Assembly (NCBI GenBank): GCA_963844715.1
Contig: CAWJPJ010000008.1
Coordinates: forward strand, 320,001-384,000
DNA: 64,000 bases
Direction of reading: 5' to 3'
Source of the DNA: an uncultured Phycisphaerales bacterium
GTDB taxonomy: Bacteria > Planctomycetota > Phycisphaerae > Tepidisphaerales > Tepidisphaeraceae
The notes under the pieces are model-generated. The model made no database searches, was not told where the DNA came from, and worked only from the letters and a program-made list of their open reading frames with translations. The position numbers were made by a program, and so were the translations under genes. Every line of letters starts with the position of its first letter. Within the stretch, counting starts at the first letter, position 1. Positions 23,155 through 37,101 of this stretch are shown piece by piece.

Positions 23155-25654
23155 TCAAGGCGTGCCTAAAAACGTCGCGGTGAACAGATTTCCGGCAGGG
23201 TCAACCGTGATGGTGACCGCGCCAGAGCGGCTGGTCCGATAAAATGGGCGGCCGGACGCCAGATCGTCGAAGAGCCGCTGCCGGCGCGAGAGCTTGGCGT
23301 TGCCGGACGCAATGATGAGCTGCGGGTGGCGCTGCGCGGAGGAACGCCGCGGTCGCGGCCTCGGCGGATCCTTGGTGGGGGGCGATCAGAACATCGCATT
23401 TGAGCAAAGCGGGATGTTTCAGAAGCTCGCGCAGAGCGGGGTCCTGGATGTCGGCGGTGAAAAGAAACGTGCGCCCGGCGCAGGTGAACTTCATTACTAA
23501 TCCACAATTGTTCGCGCTCAAATTGCAATCGGGCGGGGGCCAGAGAACGTCGAGGGTGGCGCCGCCGGGCAATTGTAGGTGGTCGCCTTTTTTGAGGATT
23601 CGCGGGGAAGTCTGCGCTTCGAAGAGGGTGTCGAGCAAATCCTCGGCCGGGATATTTCCCATCGCATGGCGCGCAAAGACCGGGCTGATAAAAACGGTCG
23701 GGTGGCCGCAATCGCGGAAAATTTCGCCGGCGGCGCTGAGATGAGCGTAGCTGTCGTCGCTGAGAATCATTTGATCGACGTCGGCGCAATCGAGAGTTTG
23801 CAAATAGGGTTCGAGCACTCCGCGGCGGAGATTGGATACGGTCTGCGAGCCGGCGTCGATGAGGATGATGTGCCGATCGGGCGTGCGCAGCACGGCGCAT
23901 TGTCCGTCGCCGATGCTGAGGAGGGTCAGCACATATTGGGAACCGGAAGGTCCGCGCGCGAGAGCCCGAGTAACGGCGACAGAAAAAACGCGGCGACCGC
24001 GATGGCGGGGCCGAGCCGGGTGATCTGACGACGCGGCTGGATCGGAAATGAAGCAGCGTTACGGCGAACAAGGCGTAATAAACGAAGAGCATCCAAAGGG
24101 GAGGGGTCGGCAGGGGAATTTTGGAGCCTGGAATGCGGGCGATGAGTTCGACGATCTGCCTGAGACAGGTGACGGGGAAGGAACAGACAACGGCCCAGAG
24201 ATGGGACGGCCCGGGCCAGCAGAGGGTGAGGGCGATTTTCGCCAGTCCGAAGAGAAGGCTGACGACCGTGACGGGCAGAAGGATCACGCCGGCGAGGGCG
24301 GAGTAGGTGTTGAGCTGGCCATAGTGATAGGCGATGAGCGGAATCACCATGAGCCAGGCGATGCACATCGCGCCGATGGCGGAGACGAAGAATCGGACGA
24401 TCCAGCGGCCGGCGTTGGCGGCGGCGTTGCGCGGCGGCGGGCGAAGGGCGACGGCGTCGGGGCCGCGCCAGGTCGCCCAGAACCAGTAGAAAGTGGGCTG
24501 GGCGAAAAGAATCATGCCGAGGACGGCGGCGAAGCTGATCTGGAATCCGCCGTTGGTCAGATCGTCCGGATGGATCAGCAGAATCGCGGCGATGGCGACG
24601 CAGAACAACTGAATGGAATCGGGCCGACGGCGCACGAGCATGGCGATGCCGAAGGCGCAGAACATGATGACGGATCGCCAGCCGGGCCAGGTGGGGGTGG
24701 CGACCAGGGCGTAAAGAATGACGGCGGTCATGGCGGCGATCAGGCTGGATTTCGGGGATGCGGAAGAGCCGCCCGAGGAAGAGGACGAATCCGCCGGCGA
24801 TGGCGATGTGCAGGCCGCTGATGCTCATGCAATGGACGGTTCCCGTGCTGACGAGCTGGTCTTCGAGATCGTTCAGCTGCGGATCGGAGTCGCCGAGGAC
24901 GAAAGCCTGAAGCAGGGCATGATCGTAAGATTGCCCGAGCAGAAAGCCTCGGGCGAGAAGATGGCGGGATTTTTGCGCGAGCCATTCGATGGGGCCGGGT
25001 CCGGGATCGGAAAGGATTTGCGCGCCGCCGGCGTGGGAGACGCGAAGGGAAGCCAGCGTGCGAATGGATCGCTCCCAGGCGGCGAAATCGAATTCGCCGG
25101 GGTTCATGGCGCCGGAGGGGCGCTCGAGAATTCCCGTGGCGCGGACGATCTGTCCGGGAGCGAGGCGCAGGATTGAATTCTTCCAGAAATAGCGAGACGG
25201 CTCCCACGGCGGGTCGCCGACCCTGGCGGGTTTGGATCGCGACGACATTGGCGCGCACGGTTTGCTTGGGGCCCAACAGGCGCGGATCGTCGGGGGCGGG
25301 GGGAATCAGCCGCGGCGGGTCGTCGATCTTCATGTCGAGCTGGGCGAAACGATCGGCTTGCGACGTAAAAATCCAGACGTGATTTGCGGGGTATTGGAAA
25401 TAAGCGATTTGGGCGGCCAGGAGCCCGACGAGGGCAATGGCCAGGGCGAGGGCGAGATCGGCGAATCGCGTGCGGCGATGGAGAATCGCTGACAGGACGA
25501 GGAAGGCAAATAGGCAGATCATCCACAGCCATGGGCGGCAGGGGAGCAGATCGCGGAGGGCGATTCCCGGAACGAGGCAGATCGCGAATGCGGCCGCCGG
25601 GCGGGCGCGGAGCGCGGCGGTGACGGAGCGCGGGGGTGGATTGGGTTGGGTCAT
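23155..25654 (-). CDS. comEC: ComEC/Rec2 competence protein (multiple frameshifts)
   Basis: NPGEFD, HCMSISGLH, GFQISF, IGDGQC, LIDAG and PHQGS motifs. Confidence 0.8.
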
Positions 25655-25669
25655 TCCCGGCGGGAGAGC

Positions 25670-26345
25670 CTAATCCCTGGCGGGTGTGCGAATCAAAAAA
25701 CGCCTGATTCCACAACCGAGGCAGAAAAACGCGGCGGCGATGGTGAGGTGAACGACGGCGCTGGGCCAGATCTGGGTCGGGAGGTGGATGGGGGTGTCCT
25801 GATTCAATCGCGTCAGGCGGTAGGCGATGATCCGCTCGGTCCAGGGAGGCTCGGCATGCAGAACCCCGTTTTCCACAAGGGGGGGATGCAGGGCGACCAG
25901 ATGGTTAATCAGATTGTCGGACAGATTGGGAATCTGTGGGGATAGCCAGATCGGCCAGGTGAGCCAGGCGAGGGCGAGTAGAGTCGCAATCGCCGCCGAA
26001 AAAGTTGGATGAACGCGGACGGACTTGAGAAAGAAGCTGATCGCCGCGACGGCCGCCGCGAAGCAGACGAGGAGAGCCGCCAATCTCAACCACTCAAAAA
26101 AAGTGTCGGCGGTTTGAAAGAGGGGGATGATCCAAATGAGCGCCACGCCCGCCGCGACGGTTTTCCAATCTGTGGGGGCGAAGAAAGCGGCGACGAAAAA
26201 GCCGCCGATGAAAAGGCCGAGTGTGGGGCCGGCGGCGAAGTAGCAAATTGAGGTGAAGGCAAGACAGAAAACAAAGTTGCCAGTCGCCAGTTGCCAGTTG
26301 CCGGTCAATGCATCTACCGGCAACCGGCAACTGGCAACTGGCAAC

Positions 26346-26356
<11 letters not shown>
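25670..26356 (-). CDS. Hypothetical multi-pass membrane protein
   Basis: Several hydrophobic helices; start overlaps the gyrA end. Confidence 0.6.
26274..26347. repeat. Inverted heptamer (GTTGCCA) array within the 5' end of a CDS
   Basis: GTTGCCA-like x4 followed by TGGCAAC-like x4. Confidence 0.75.
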
Positions 26357-28913
<2,557 letters not shown>

Positions 28914-29046
28914 AAATCCAGGCTCGTTTCATCCGTAAAAAGTCGAGTCGAACTAGAGCTGAATTTTAGGGGATTGGGGGGCAAAAATCGAATCGGCGTA
29001 AGGGGTGGCTCGCGCAGTTCGGTCGCATCAGGCAATAGCTTTTTTC

Positions 29047-29356
29047 ATTCAAATGCAAACCAGGGGAGGTGGGAGACACCGCATACGGCCCCAAGCGGTT
29101 TCTCCCACCTCCCCTGGAACCCCTCCGCCCTCTTCCACTTCCCCTAACCGTCCAGTGGGAGAGAGGGAGAACGACATTTTTTTAGGTGCGCGAATCAGCG
29201 GCATCCGGGCATCAGATTGGCAAACGGCTTCGACTTTTTTGGCTCGGACGGTTAGGGGAAGCCGGAAGTGGAGGAGGGGTTGCAGGGGAGGAGGCGGAAC
29301 CGCTTGGGGCCTGATGGGGTTCCGCCTCCTCCCCTGCATTGCATTGGCATTTCAAA
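29047..29356. mobile_element. MITE-like element with ~110-bp imperfect terminal inverted repeats
   Basis: 29047-29155 is the imperfect reverse complement of ~29246-29356; each arm has an internal hairpin; no transposase. Confidence 0.6.
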
Positions 29357-29461
29357 GCCCATTGCCGAACTTACTCGGATTAAATGGAGCGTCGATTTGC
29401 AAATATGGGTGGACGCGGGGATGGCCTTTGATGAACTCAGGGCGGCCCATCCGTTGGCTTG

Positions 29462-31130
29462 CTAGGATTGGCACCAATTTCGCCACATCTGGCGGTAGGC
29501 GGCTTCGACGTCGCGGGCGAATTGCGGGGCGTCTTTGATGGGGGAGGACTTGACGCGATCGCGCAGGGTTCGGCGTAATTCGGCGCGCCGATCGGCGTCG
29601 TTCGCGAGGTCGACGGCGACGCGCAGGTAGTCGTCTTGCGTATAGGTGACAAGTTCCGGCAGACCGATGTTGGTGAGGATGCTGCGGCCGCCGCGGCCGA
29701 CGGCGGTTCCGCCGGAAAGCGTCACGACGGGGACGCCTTGCCAGAGGCTGTCGAGCGTGGTGATTCCGCCGCCGTAGGGGAAGGGATCGAGGCAGACGTC
29801 GATGCGGCCGTAGCTTTGCAGATAGTCGTTGTATGCCTGAATGGGGAGGAAATCGACGCGGGTTCCGTCGATGCCGTGCGATTCGAAGAACTTGCGGATG
29901 ATGTCGCGGTGCGTGCCGACCGCGGCGTGAAGAACGAGGCGCGAACCGGAGACGGACTGCATGATGCGCGCCCAGAGGGTTTTGGCCTCGGGGGAGACTT
30001 TTCCGAAAGTGTTCAGACAGCCGAACGTGATCGGCTCGCCGGCTTTGCGCGTGGCGTCGGGAGTCTGGGCGAGGGTTTGATAGCACCAGTAGGTGCGCGG
30101 CAGGCGGATGGTTTTTTCCGTGTAAACGGAGAGATCGAAATCCTCCGGGTCCATGTGCGGGTCGGAGAGGCGGTAGTCGATCGTGTCGAGGCCCGTGGAA
30201 CTGCAATAGCCGAGATAGCTGAGCTGCACCGGGGCGGGTTTTTGCGCAAAGACGAGGAGCCGGTTGTCGGCCGAGTGAAGGGCGAGATCGACCAGGATGT
30301 CGATCTTGTCCTCGCGGATTTTCTCGGCCACGGGCTCGTCCGGCACGCCGATGATGCTGCGCCACTGGTCGCACTGATCGCGCAGCAGGCGGGTGAGCGG
30401 GTCGGGGCGAAGCACGTGGGCGTAGCAGAAGATTTCGAATTGCTCGCGATTGTGGCGATGCAGCAGGGGCAGGAGATTCCGCCCCACGGAATGCCAGCGC
30501 AGGTCGGGCGAGACGTAGCCGATTCTCAGCTTCCGGTCGGGATTGCGGTCGTTGCCGTGAGGCTTGATGAATTTGCGGAGGGGCTCGCCGTGGGTTTTTC
30601 CCCACGCTCGATATTCCTCGGCGATCGCGGCCGCGTCGTAATCGGAATGATAGTGCATCGCGTAGATGAGATTCCCGTGCGTGTAGGCGTAATTGGGGCC
30701 CGAGGCGTTGGCCTTTTTGAAACATTCGATCGACTTGCGATAAGCGGCGATCGCCTCGCCCATCTCTCCCTTGTCGCGGGCGGTGCTGCCAAGATTCGCG
30801 TACGCCTTGGCATGGTCGGGCCGCAGGGCGATGGCCCGGCGGTAAATTTCGATTGCCTGATCGGGGTCTCCCTTGTCCTTCAGGACGTTGCCGAGATTGT
30901 TGTAAATCTCCGGCAGATTGGGATTGATGGCGAGGGCGCGGCGCATCAGATCGATGGCTACATCGGTGTGGCCGGTTTGATGGGCGATGAGGCCGAGATA
31001 ATGGATCGACTGGGCGTGATTCGGATCGCGCGAGGATTTGGCGGTAGAGTTTTTCCGCCTCGGGAAGCCGGCCAGCTTCGTGGTATTGATTGGCGAGGCG
31101 GAAGGAGTCCTGGATCGTCGTGGCTGTCAT
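29462..31130 (-). CDS. TPR-repeat O-GlcNAc transferase-like protein (GT41/SPINDLY type; frameshift near 31000)
   Basis: TPRs followed by LRIGYVSPD, IDILVDL, APVQLSYLGY and LDPFPYGGGITT. Confidence 0.85.
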
Positions 31131-31279
31131 GATGCTGGGGAGAATATGCGGCGGGGGGTTATTTCTGTAAAGCGGACCGGTTAAGTCGAGTCGCGGGGCG
31201 AACCGGGTGGAGGCCGTTGGCGGAAAGGCTATAATCTCGCAATCGCGCGGGAGAATTTGCTCGCGGGAGCATATCCGCC

Positions 31280-31666
31280 ATGGCCGAAAAAAACGATGAC
31301 CCGTCGCACTTTATTGCAGTCGCGAAAAAGCATCTCGTTCGCGTCAAGGGTGCCTGGAATCCGCCGGACTGGAGCGATTTGGGTACCTATGGAACCTATT
31401 GTCTGGAGGCGCTGATCCTGCGCACGGCGCTCAAGGCCGGCGAGACGCCGATCCGCACGCATTGGGGAAAAGCGGATCAAGCCACGAATTTGGCAAATCG
31501 CCACGGACTGCCGGATATCGCGCCATTGCATCAGAAGTTGAACGCGTTGAGAAAAGCAGAAGGCTATGGCGATACCGAAATAAAGAAGTCGGATTACGAC
31601 GCGAAAGCGATCGTTCAAGAGATCGAAAACTACTTCAGCAAAGTGTCGGAATTCTGTGCGAAATAG
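31280..31666 (+). CDS. HEPN-like domain protein
   Basis: Helical 128-aa protein with YCLE, RTH and RKAEGY (Rx4Y); directly upstream of an MNT gene. Confidence 0.55.
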   Translation: MAEKNDDPSHFIAVAKKHLVRVKGAWNPPDWSDLGTYGTYCLEALILRTALKAGETPIRTHWGKADQATNLANRHGLPDIAPLHQKLNALRKAEGYGDTEIKKSDYDAKAIVQEIENYFSKVSEFCAK

Positions 31667-31671
31667 GGATT

Positions 31672-32345
31672 ATGCGGCAACTCTATACTGACAAACTCGC
31701 CGGCATTCGCCACTGGGCAGGTGGCTCGCGGCAATGGATGCATACCTTCTTGGAGGATGCTCCGTCGCGCCCGGAGGTCTTGGCCCTTGTCGCAATGGGT
31801 TCGGCAGTCCGAGATCGCGGGCACGGCCGTTCTGACTTCGATATTCTAATTGTTTATCGCGGTATTCGCCCGACTATCGAGGCGCCGATGGAAGTCGACC
31901 TTCGTTTTGCTCGGTACGAGGAGTTGAACGACCTGGTTGCCAAAGGCAACGAAATTGTCTGCTGGGCGATGAAGTTTGGGATTGGTCTTTACGACCCCGA
32001 GGATCGTTGGGGACAACTAGGGCATTCATGGAGGGGCAGGATACCGCTGCCTTCCGCAATCGAGGCCAGGAAACTGCGCCGTGGAGGCCTTAAAACGTAC
32101 CGAGGAGATGCTCCAACTCGGCGACGAATCTGCCGCGGACGATTTGGTTTTGGCGTCTTTGACGCAGTTTGCCAGAGAGCGACTGTTAAGAAATGGCGTA
32201 TTTCCGGCGTCACGCCCGGAGCTTCCGGATCAGTTGCGCGCTGCTCAACAAGGGCGATTCCCTGGCCAAGCTCTTGGAGTCTGCAATGTATGGCGATTCA
32301 CCGGCGGAGAATCTGCTGATGGGACTGAACGACTGCCTTCTATAA
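31672..32345 (+). CDS. Nucleotidyltransferase (MNT) domain protein with helical C-terminal extension (frameshifted)
   Basis: GSAVR...SDFD (GS..DxD) Pol-beta motif. Confidence 0.65.
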
Positions 32346-32416
32346 AGCCGCGATCGTCCCAGCGGTCTCCCCTCGCTTCGATTTTTCGCTACGCCGCTTG
32401 CCGGTATAGTTCCCCC

Positions 32417-33214
32417 GTGCCGACGGACTTTTCTAAATTCGATGCCGTCCTCCTCGATTTGGACGGCACCGTCTATTTCGAGGACGACCCATTGCCGGGC
32501 GCGGCGGATCTGATCGCGCGGCTCAAGAGCGAAAAAATTAAATTCGCCTGTATTTCCAACAGCACAACAAGCCCGCAGCGGGTGGTGCAGCGATTCGCGG
32601 GCATGGGGATTTCGATCTTGCCGGAGCAGATATTCACGGCCGGGGCGGCTTCGGTGGATTATGTGATTGCGCATTTCCCGCGTCCCGGCGGGCCCCGGGC
32701 GTTTAATCTGGCGACACAAGGGGTGCAGGAGATGCTGGGCGGCCGCGGCGTTTGGGTTCAATCGGATTCGGAAGAATGCGACGCCATCATCGTCGGGGCG
32801 CCGGCGAATCGATATGCGGATTTTGAGCGGCAGCGGATCGCGCTCGGTTTGATGCGAAAGGGGGCGCTGGCCGTGGGGGTTTGCGCGGATCGAATTTATC
32901 CCAGCCCGCGCGGGTGGGAGTTTGGGAGCGGGGCGCTGACATTGATGCTGACGTACGCGGCGGATGCGCAGCCGGTTTATTGCGGGAAGCCGGAGAAAAT
33001 CTTTTTTGCCGAGCTGTGCCGTCGGCTGGGGGCTCGGCCGGAGAGGTGCGTGCTGGTGGGGGATAATCTGGAATCGGATATCTGGGGCGGCAAGCGCATG
33101 GGGATGCGGACGATTCTGACGCTAACCGGCGTGGCGCGGCGGAGCGATCTGGAGAAAGCCGATGCGGATCATCAGCCGGATGAGGTGATTGCCGATCTTC
33201 GGGCGCTGCTCTAA
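32417..33214 (+). CDS. HAD-IIA (NagD-like) hydrolase
   Basis: DLDGT, SNS, GKP and VGDNLESDI motifs. Confidence 0.88.
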   Translation: MPTDFSKFDAVLLDLDGTVYFEDDPLPGAADLIARLKSEKIKFACISNSTTSPQRVVQRFAGMGISILPEQIFTAGAASVDYVIAHFPRPGGPRAFNLATQGVQEMLGGRGVWVQSDSEECDAIIVGAPANRYADFERQRIALGLMRKGALAVGVCADRIYPSPRGWEFGSGALTLMLTYAADAQPVYCGKPEKIFFAELCRRLGARPERCVLVGDNLESDIWGGKRMGMRTILTLTGVARRSDLEKADADHQPDEVIADLRALL

Positions 33215-33537
33215 GGCGTATGCGGCGGGTTGTAGCCGTACATTTGCGATTTCTTGAGCACGATAATCTGATCCCCCCGGACCAGAATGTATGAATCGGA
33301 GGTTTCGATCACCGTGAATCCGGGGACGACCGGGGCGCTGGGGCTGGTCGTCGAGGGGACGTATGCGCCGGAAATCTGGGTGGCCGTTTGCTCGAGGTTC
33401 GCGTAAATCTCCGTCGAGGCGACGGTCGCGGCCTGGGCGGCGGTGATGGCGGTGGCGACCTCCTGCTCCTGGGCGCAACTGGCGGCGATGAGGGACAGGG
33501 CGGATAAGGCGGTCAAAATGATCCAGACTCGAAGCAA
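33211..33537 (-). CDS. Hypothetical lipoprotein
   Basis: GGAGG-TTG start; hydrophobic stretch ending IAASC. Confidence 0.5.
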   Translation of the reverse strand: MLRVWIILTALSALSLIAASCAQEQEVATAITAAQAATVASTEIYANLEQTATQISGAYVPSTTSPSAPVVPGFTVIETSDSYILVRGDQIIVLKKSQMYGYNPPHTP

Positions 33538-33664
33538 AGATGCCTCCGGGGGGACTATCGGAAAATCACCACCATTTTGACCGCGCGGGGGCCGGGAAAC
33601 AACCAAATTCCAACCGCTTATACGCTAAAGCCTAAGGGCGAAATCGTCCGATAATTTTCAAGAG

Positions 33665-35608
33665 ATGCATGAACAACTGCTCCAGGCATTGGTCGCCAGT
33701 AAGAACGAGGCGGCGGACGATGTGCTGTTGGAAGGGCTGCGCCTGGGGGTGGAAGTCGAAAAAGCGGTCATGCTGGACGCCCTGATGTCGCGAAAAACGA
33801 CCCGGGGGCTCAGCGGCGTGATCAGTTATTACGAGAATTTGCCGCCCCGTCTTCAAGGGCACGTTCTGCGGCACATCAAGATCTTCCACCACGCCCTGCG
33901 CGAAAGCGGCCGGAGCGACCGGCCGGAGCTTCGCCTGGCGTCGATGAGATTGATCGCCCTGGGGCGCGAGGGGAAGCTGGCATACGTCATTTCCGAAAAT
34001 CTGCACGATTCGCAGGAAGAGCTGAGCAAGGCGGCGGTCGAGGCGATTCTCTCCCTGGCCAAATGGGTCAGCGACACCACGCGCGATTTGCAGGACCATT
34101 ATCCGCCGTTCGAAGACGGACCCGCGGTCGAGGGTTCGCCGGCGGCGGTCTTCGCGACTCGGTTTCGCGAGATCATGGAGCAAAGACCGGAGATCGAAAC
34201 GGCGGTCGCGCGGGCTTTGGACGTTCATCGCGGGAAGCAAACCCAGGAATTGTTGCGGGCGTCGCTGCTTCTGGCCGATTCGCCCAGGAGCAAAACGCTG
34301 GCCATTCTGCAGACGACGAAACACGGCGGGCAGAGCATGATGGTGCGTCGCCTTCAGCAGCCGCCCAATGCCGAGACCGTAGACGCTTTTCTACTGGGGG
34401 CCACGCACGGACAACTGAGGCTCCATTTCGGGACGGTCTTCTCGCACATCACCGAGCCGCCCGTGCTCAGCGCGATTTTGCGAAAGACACACTGGCTGAA
34501 GGACCACCAACTCCAGCTCTGCATGCACCAGGTGACGCGCGGAGCGTGGTGGCAGGAAGTGGATTTGATCCGGGACATCCAAAATCGACCGGGCCCGGAG
34601 GCGGCGATCATCGGGGAATGGCTGGCGGTTTCCGGATCGCACGACCTGATGCAGGATGAGCGCCATGACGCGCCTGGCGGAACATTGCAAGACCGATTAC
34701 GCGGGGCGGCTGCGGTTGCTGCGCATTGCCTTGCGGCGCAGCGCGGATCGAGCGTGCAATTCCTGCGGGTGATGCTGAGCGACGCCGACGAGCGGCTCAT
34801 GCGGCTGGCGGCGCGGGAAATCGTGCGGCGCCGGCCTCCGGAAGCCGACAACATGCTGCTTCAACTGATGACCAACGCGCCGGAAAGCGTGCGGCGTGTC
34901 ATCAGCCGGTCCATCGGACAGGCGGGTTTCGAGCATTTCTGGGCCCGCTACGACCGCCTCGACAGGGCGACGCGAAAACAGGCGGGCAAGGCGATGATGA
35001 AGCTGCTCCCCGACGCCGTGCAGCGATTGTCCCGGCGTCTGGCGGCCGGTCCGGTCGAGCAGCGCATCAAGGCGCTGCAAATGACGCAGGAACTGGATCT
35101 GGCGGACCAATTGCGGGAGCCGCTGGCGGCGCTGGCGTCGCATCCGCATCCGAAAGTGCGCAGCAAGGCGGTGACGGTGCTGGGCGACATGGAAACGGCG
35201 TCGATCGAGGTGCTGATGGATCGGGCGCTCAGCGACCCGGATTCGCGCGTTCGCGCCAACGCGGTCGAGATTCTCGAAATGCGACCGGCGGTGCAGTTCG
35301 TGCCGCTGCTGATGGAGCGGGCCAAGAACAGCCACAACCGCGAGCGCGCCAACGCGATCAAGGCGCTGCACCGCATGAAGGTCGGGAACGTCGGGCCGCA
35401 GCTCATCGAAATGCTGCACGACCAGCGCGCCGAACATCGCATCTCGGCCATGTGGGCGCTGAAACAAATGGGATGGTGGAAGCTGCTTCAGGAAGTGGGG
35501 CAACTGGCCAAGGAAGACAACAACTTGCGCGTGCGGCGCTATGCGGTGGGGGTTCTGAAAGGCGTCGCGGACATGGTGCAGGAAAAGAACAAAGAGAAGG
35601 CGGGATGA
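33665..35608 (+). CDS. HEAT-repeat protein
   Basis: Repeated D/H-P-x-x-VR-AxA HEAT motifs. Confidence 0.75.
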   Translation: MHEQLLQALVASKNEAADDVLLEGLRLGVEVEKAVMLDALMSRKTTRGLSGVISYYENLPPRLQGHVLRHIKIFHHALRESGRSDRPELRLASMRLIALGREGKLAYVISENLHDSQEELSKAAVEAILSLAKWVSDTTRDLQDHYPPFEDGPAVEGSPAAVFATRFREIMEQRPEIETAVARALDVHRGKQTQELLRASLLLADSPRSKTLAILQTTKHGGQSMMVRRLQQPPNAETVDAFLLGATHGQLRLHFGTVFSHITEPPVLSAILRKTHWLKDHQLQLCMHQVTRGAWWQEVDLIRDIQNRPGPEAAIIGEWLAVSGSHDLMQDERHDAPGGTLQDRLRGAAAVAAHCLAAQRGSSVQFLRVMLSDADERLMRLAAREIVRRRPPEADNMLLQLMTNAPESVRRVISRSIGQAGFEHFWARYDRLDRATRKQAGKAMMKLLPDAVQRLSRRLAAGPVEQRIKALQMTQELDLADQLREPLAALASHPHPKVRSKAVTVLGDMETASIEVLMDRALSDPDSRVRANAVEILEMRPAVQFVPLLMERAKNSHNRERANAIKALHRMKVGNVGPQLIEMLHDQRAEHRISAMWALKQMGWWKLLQEVGQLAKEDNNLRVRRYAVGVLKGVADMVQEKNKEKAG

Positions 35609-35731
35609 AATGCAACCGCAGAGACGCGGAGACAGACGCGGAGGATTAATATGTTTAAAAGTCTAAAACAAATTTCCCTTTTGTCTTCTCCGCGTCTTGC
35701 TCCGCGTCTCTGCGTCTCCGCGGTTGCATTT
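35608..35731. repeat. Inverted repeat of GACGCGGA units
   Basis: AAATGCAACCGC...GCGGTTGCATTT termini with internal AGACGCGG units. Confidence 0.7.
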
Positions 35732-36112
35732 GGGATTTGCGCACCGGCACTGGGGGTCCCGACGCAGGAAGAAGTTTTTCAGAGCATCAACCAGCACGTC
35801 GGCTCGACGGTCGATGTGAGCAAAATGGTCCCGTACCTGATCGCGGGATTGGGGCTCGTGATTTTGATTGTCTGGATGACGCATCGCCAGCGATACAAAG
35901 TGGTGCCGCGGGCGCTGAATCACGCGGGGAAACTGATCAAGGAAGTATCGAAGAAAATCGGGCTGCGATCGGGTGAGACGCGGGCGCTGAAAAATCTGGC
36001 CGATGAGCAGGAGATCGCCAGCCCGCTGACGCTGCTGCTCTGTCCGTCGCTGCTGGGCAAGGCGCTTCGCAGCCCGGACACGCGGGTGGACCGCGCCAAC
36101 TGGCCGATCTGA
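35651..36112 (+). CDS. Hypothetical membrane protein
   Basis: Signal-like N-terminus and one TM helix; ends uncertain. Confidence 0.5.
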   Translation: MFKSLKQISLLSSPRLAPRLCVSAVAFGICAPALGVPTQEEVFQSINQHVGSTVDVSKMVPYLIAGLGLVILIVWMTHRQRYKVVPRALNHAGKLIKEVSKKIGLRSGETRALKNLADEQEIASPLTLLLCPSLLGKALRSPDTRVDRANWPI

Positions 36113-36178
36113 TACAAAGACTGCGCGGGGATCCCGGCGCATCGCATGGGGCGGGGCGAAAAGATATCATGGGCGGGC

Positions 36179-37045
36179 ATGTCGGCGAAGATCATTGACG
36201 GTTCCGCTCTTGCCCAATCTACCAAGGAAAATGTGCGCGGGCGGGTCGCGGAGTTGGCGGGGAAAAAGCGCCGGGTTGCGCTGGCGGCGGTGCTGGTCGG
36301 TTCGACGGCGGCGGGAGAACTCTACGCCGCCAGGCAGGCGGACGCCTGCCGCGATTGCGGGATCGAATACGCGCTGCGGAAACTTCCGCAATCCGCGTCG
36401 CCCCAGGAAGTGGGACAGCTCCTGCACTCTCTGAACACCGATCCGGCGTTCACGGGAATCATGCTCCATTTGCCGCTGCCTGCGCAGCTCAACACAACGG
36501 AATTGCAATACAAGATCGACCCGGTGAAGGACGTTGAAGGCGTCAACCCGGCGAACATCGGATACGTGGTCTACGGCCACACGCGCATCGCCCCGTGCAC
36601 GGCCCTGGCGGTGATCGAATTGATCGAATCGACCGGGGTGCAAATCCGCGGCGCCGAGGCAGTGGTGGTTGGAGCGAGCGAAATCGCCGGCAAACCGATC
36701 GCCCTCTTGCTAACGGAGCGGATGGCGACGACAACAACCTGCCATGTCGCGACGCGCGACTTGGGTCTGCATACACGGCGGGCGGAAATTCTGGTGGTCG
36801 CGGTCGGGAAACCGGGCCTCATTTCAGCCGAGCATGTTCGGCACGGGGCGGTGGTGATCGATGTGGGCATCAATCGGATCACCTTGCCCGACGGAACCAA
36901 GAAAACGGTGGGCGATGTCGAGTTCGATTCGGTTAAGGAGAAAGCGGGTTACATTACTCCGGTCCCGGGGGGCGTGGGGCCGATGACGGTGGCGATGTTG
37001 CTGAAGAACACAGTGCGGAGCGCCGAGCTTTCAGGGGCGACATAA
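36179..37045 (+). CDS. folD: Bifunctional methylenetetrahydrofolate dehydrogenase/cyclohydrolase
   Basis: KDVEG, PCT, VIDVGIN and TPVPGGVGPMT motifs. Confidence 0.92.
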   Translation: MSAKIIDGSALAQSTKENVRGRVAELAGKKRRVALAAVLVGSTAAGELYAARQADACRDCGIEYALRKLPQSASPQEVGQLLHSLNTDPAFTGIMLHLPLPAQLNTTELQYKIDPVKDVEGVNPANIGYVVYGHTRIAPCTALAVIELIESTGVQIRGAEAVVVGASEIAGKPIALLLTERMATTTTCHVATRDLGLHTRRAEILVVAVGKPGLISAEHVRHGAVVIDVGINRITLPDGTKKTVGDVEFDSVKEKAGYITPVPGGVGPMTVAMLLKNTVRSAELSGAT

Positions 37046-37101
37046 GCAATTTGGCGCGGACCGGCGGCACCGCGTCGTCTTCAAGCGCAGGAGGAGCGCC
37101 A

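Noticed and set aside
32081..33214. MNT-tail/HAD fusion (377-aa ORF) and GT2/EEP fusion (13819..14772)
   Set aside because: The joins are best explained by frameshift errors linking adjacent genes.
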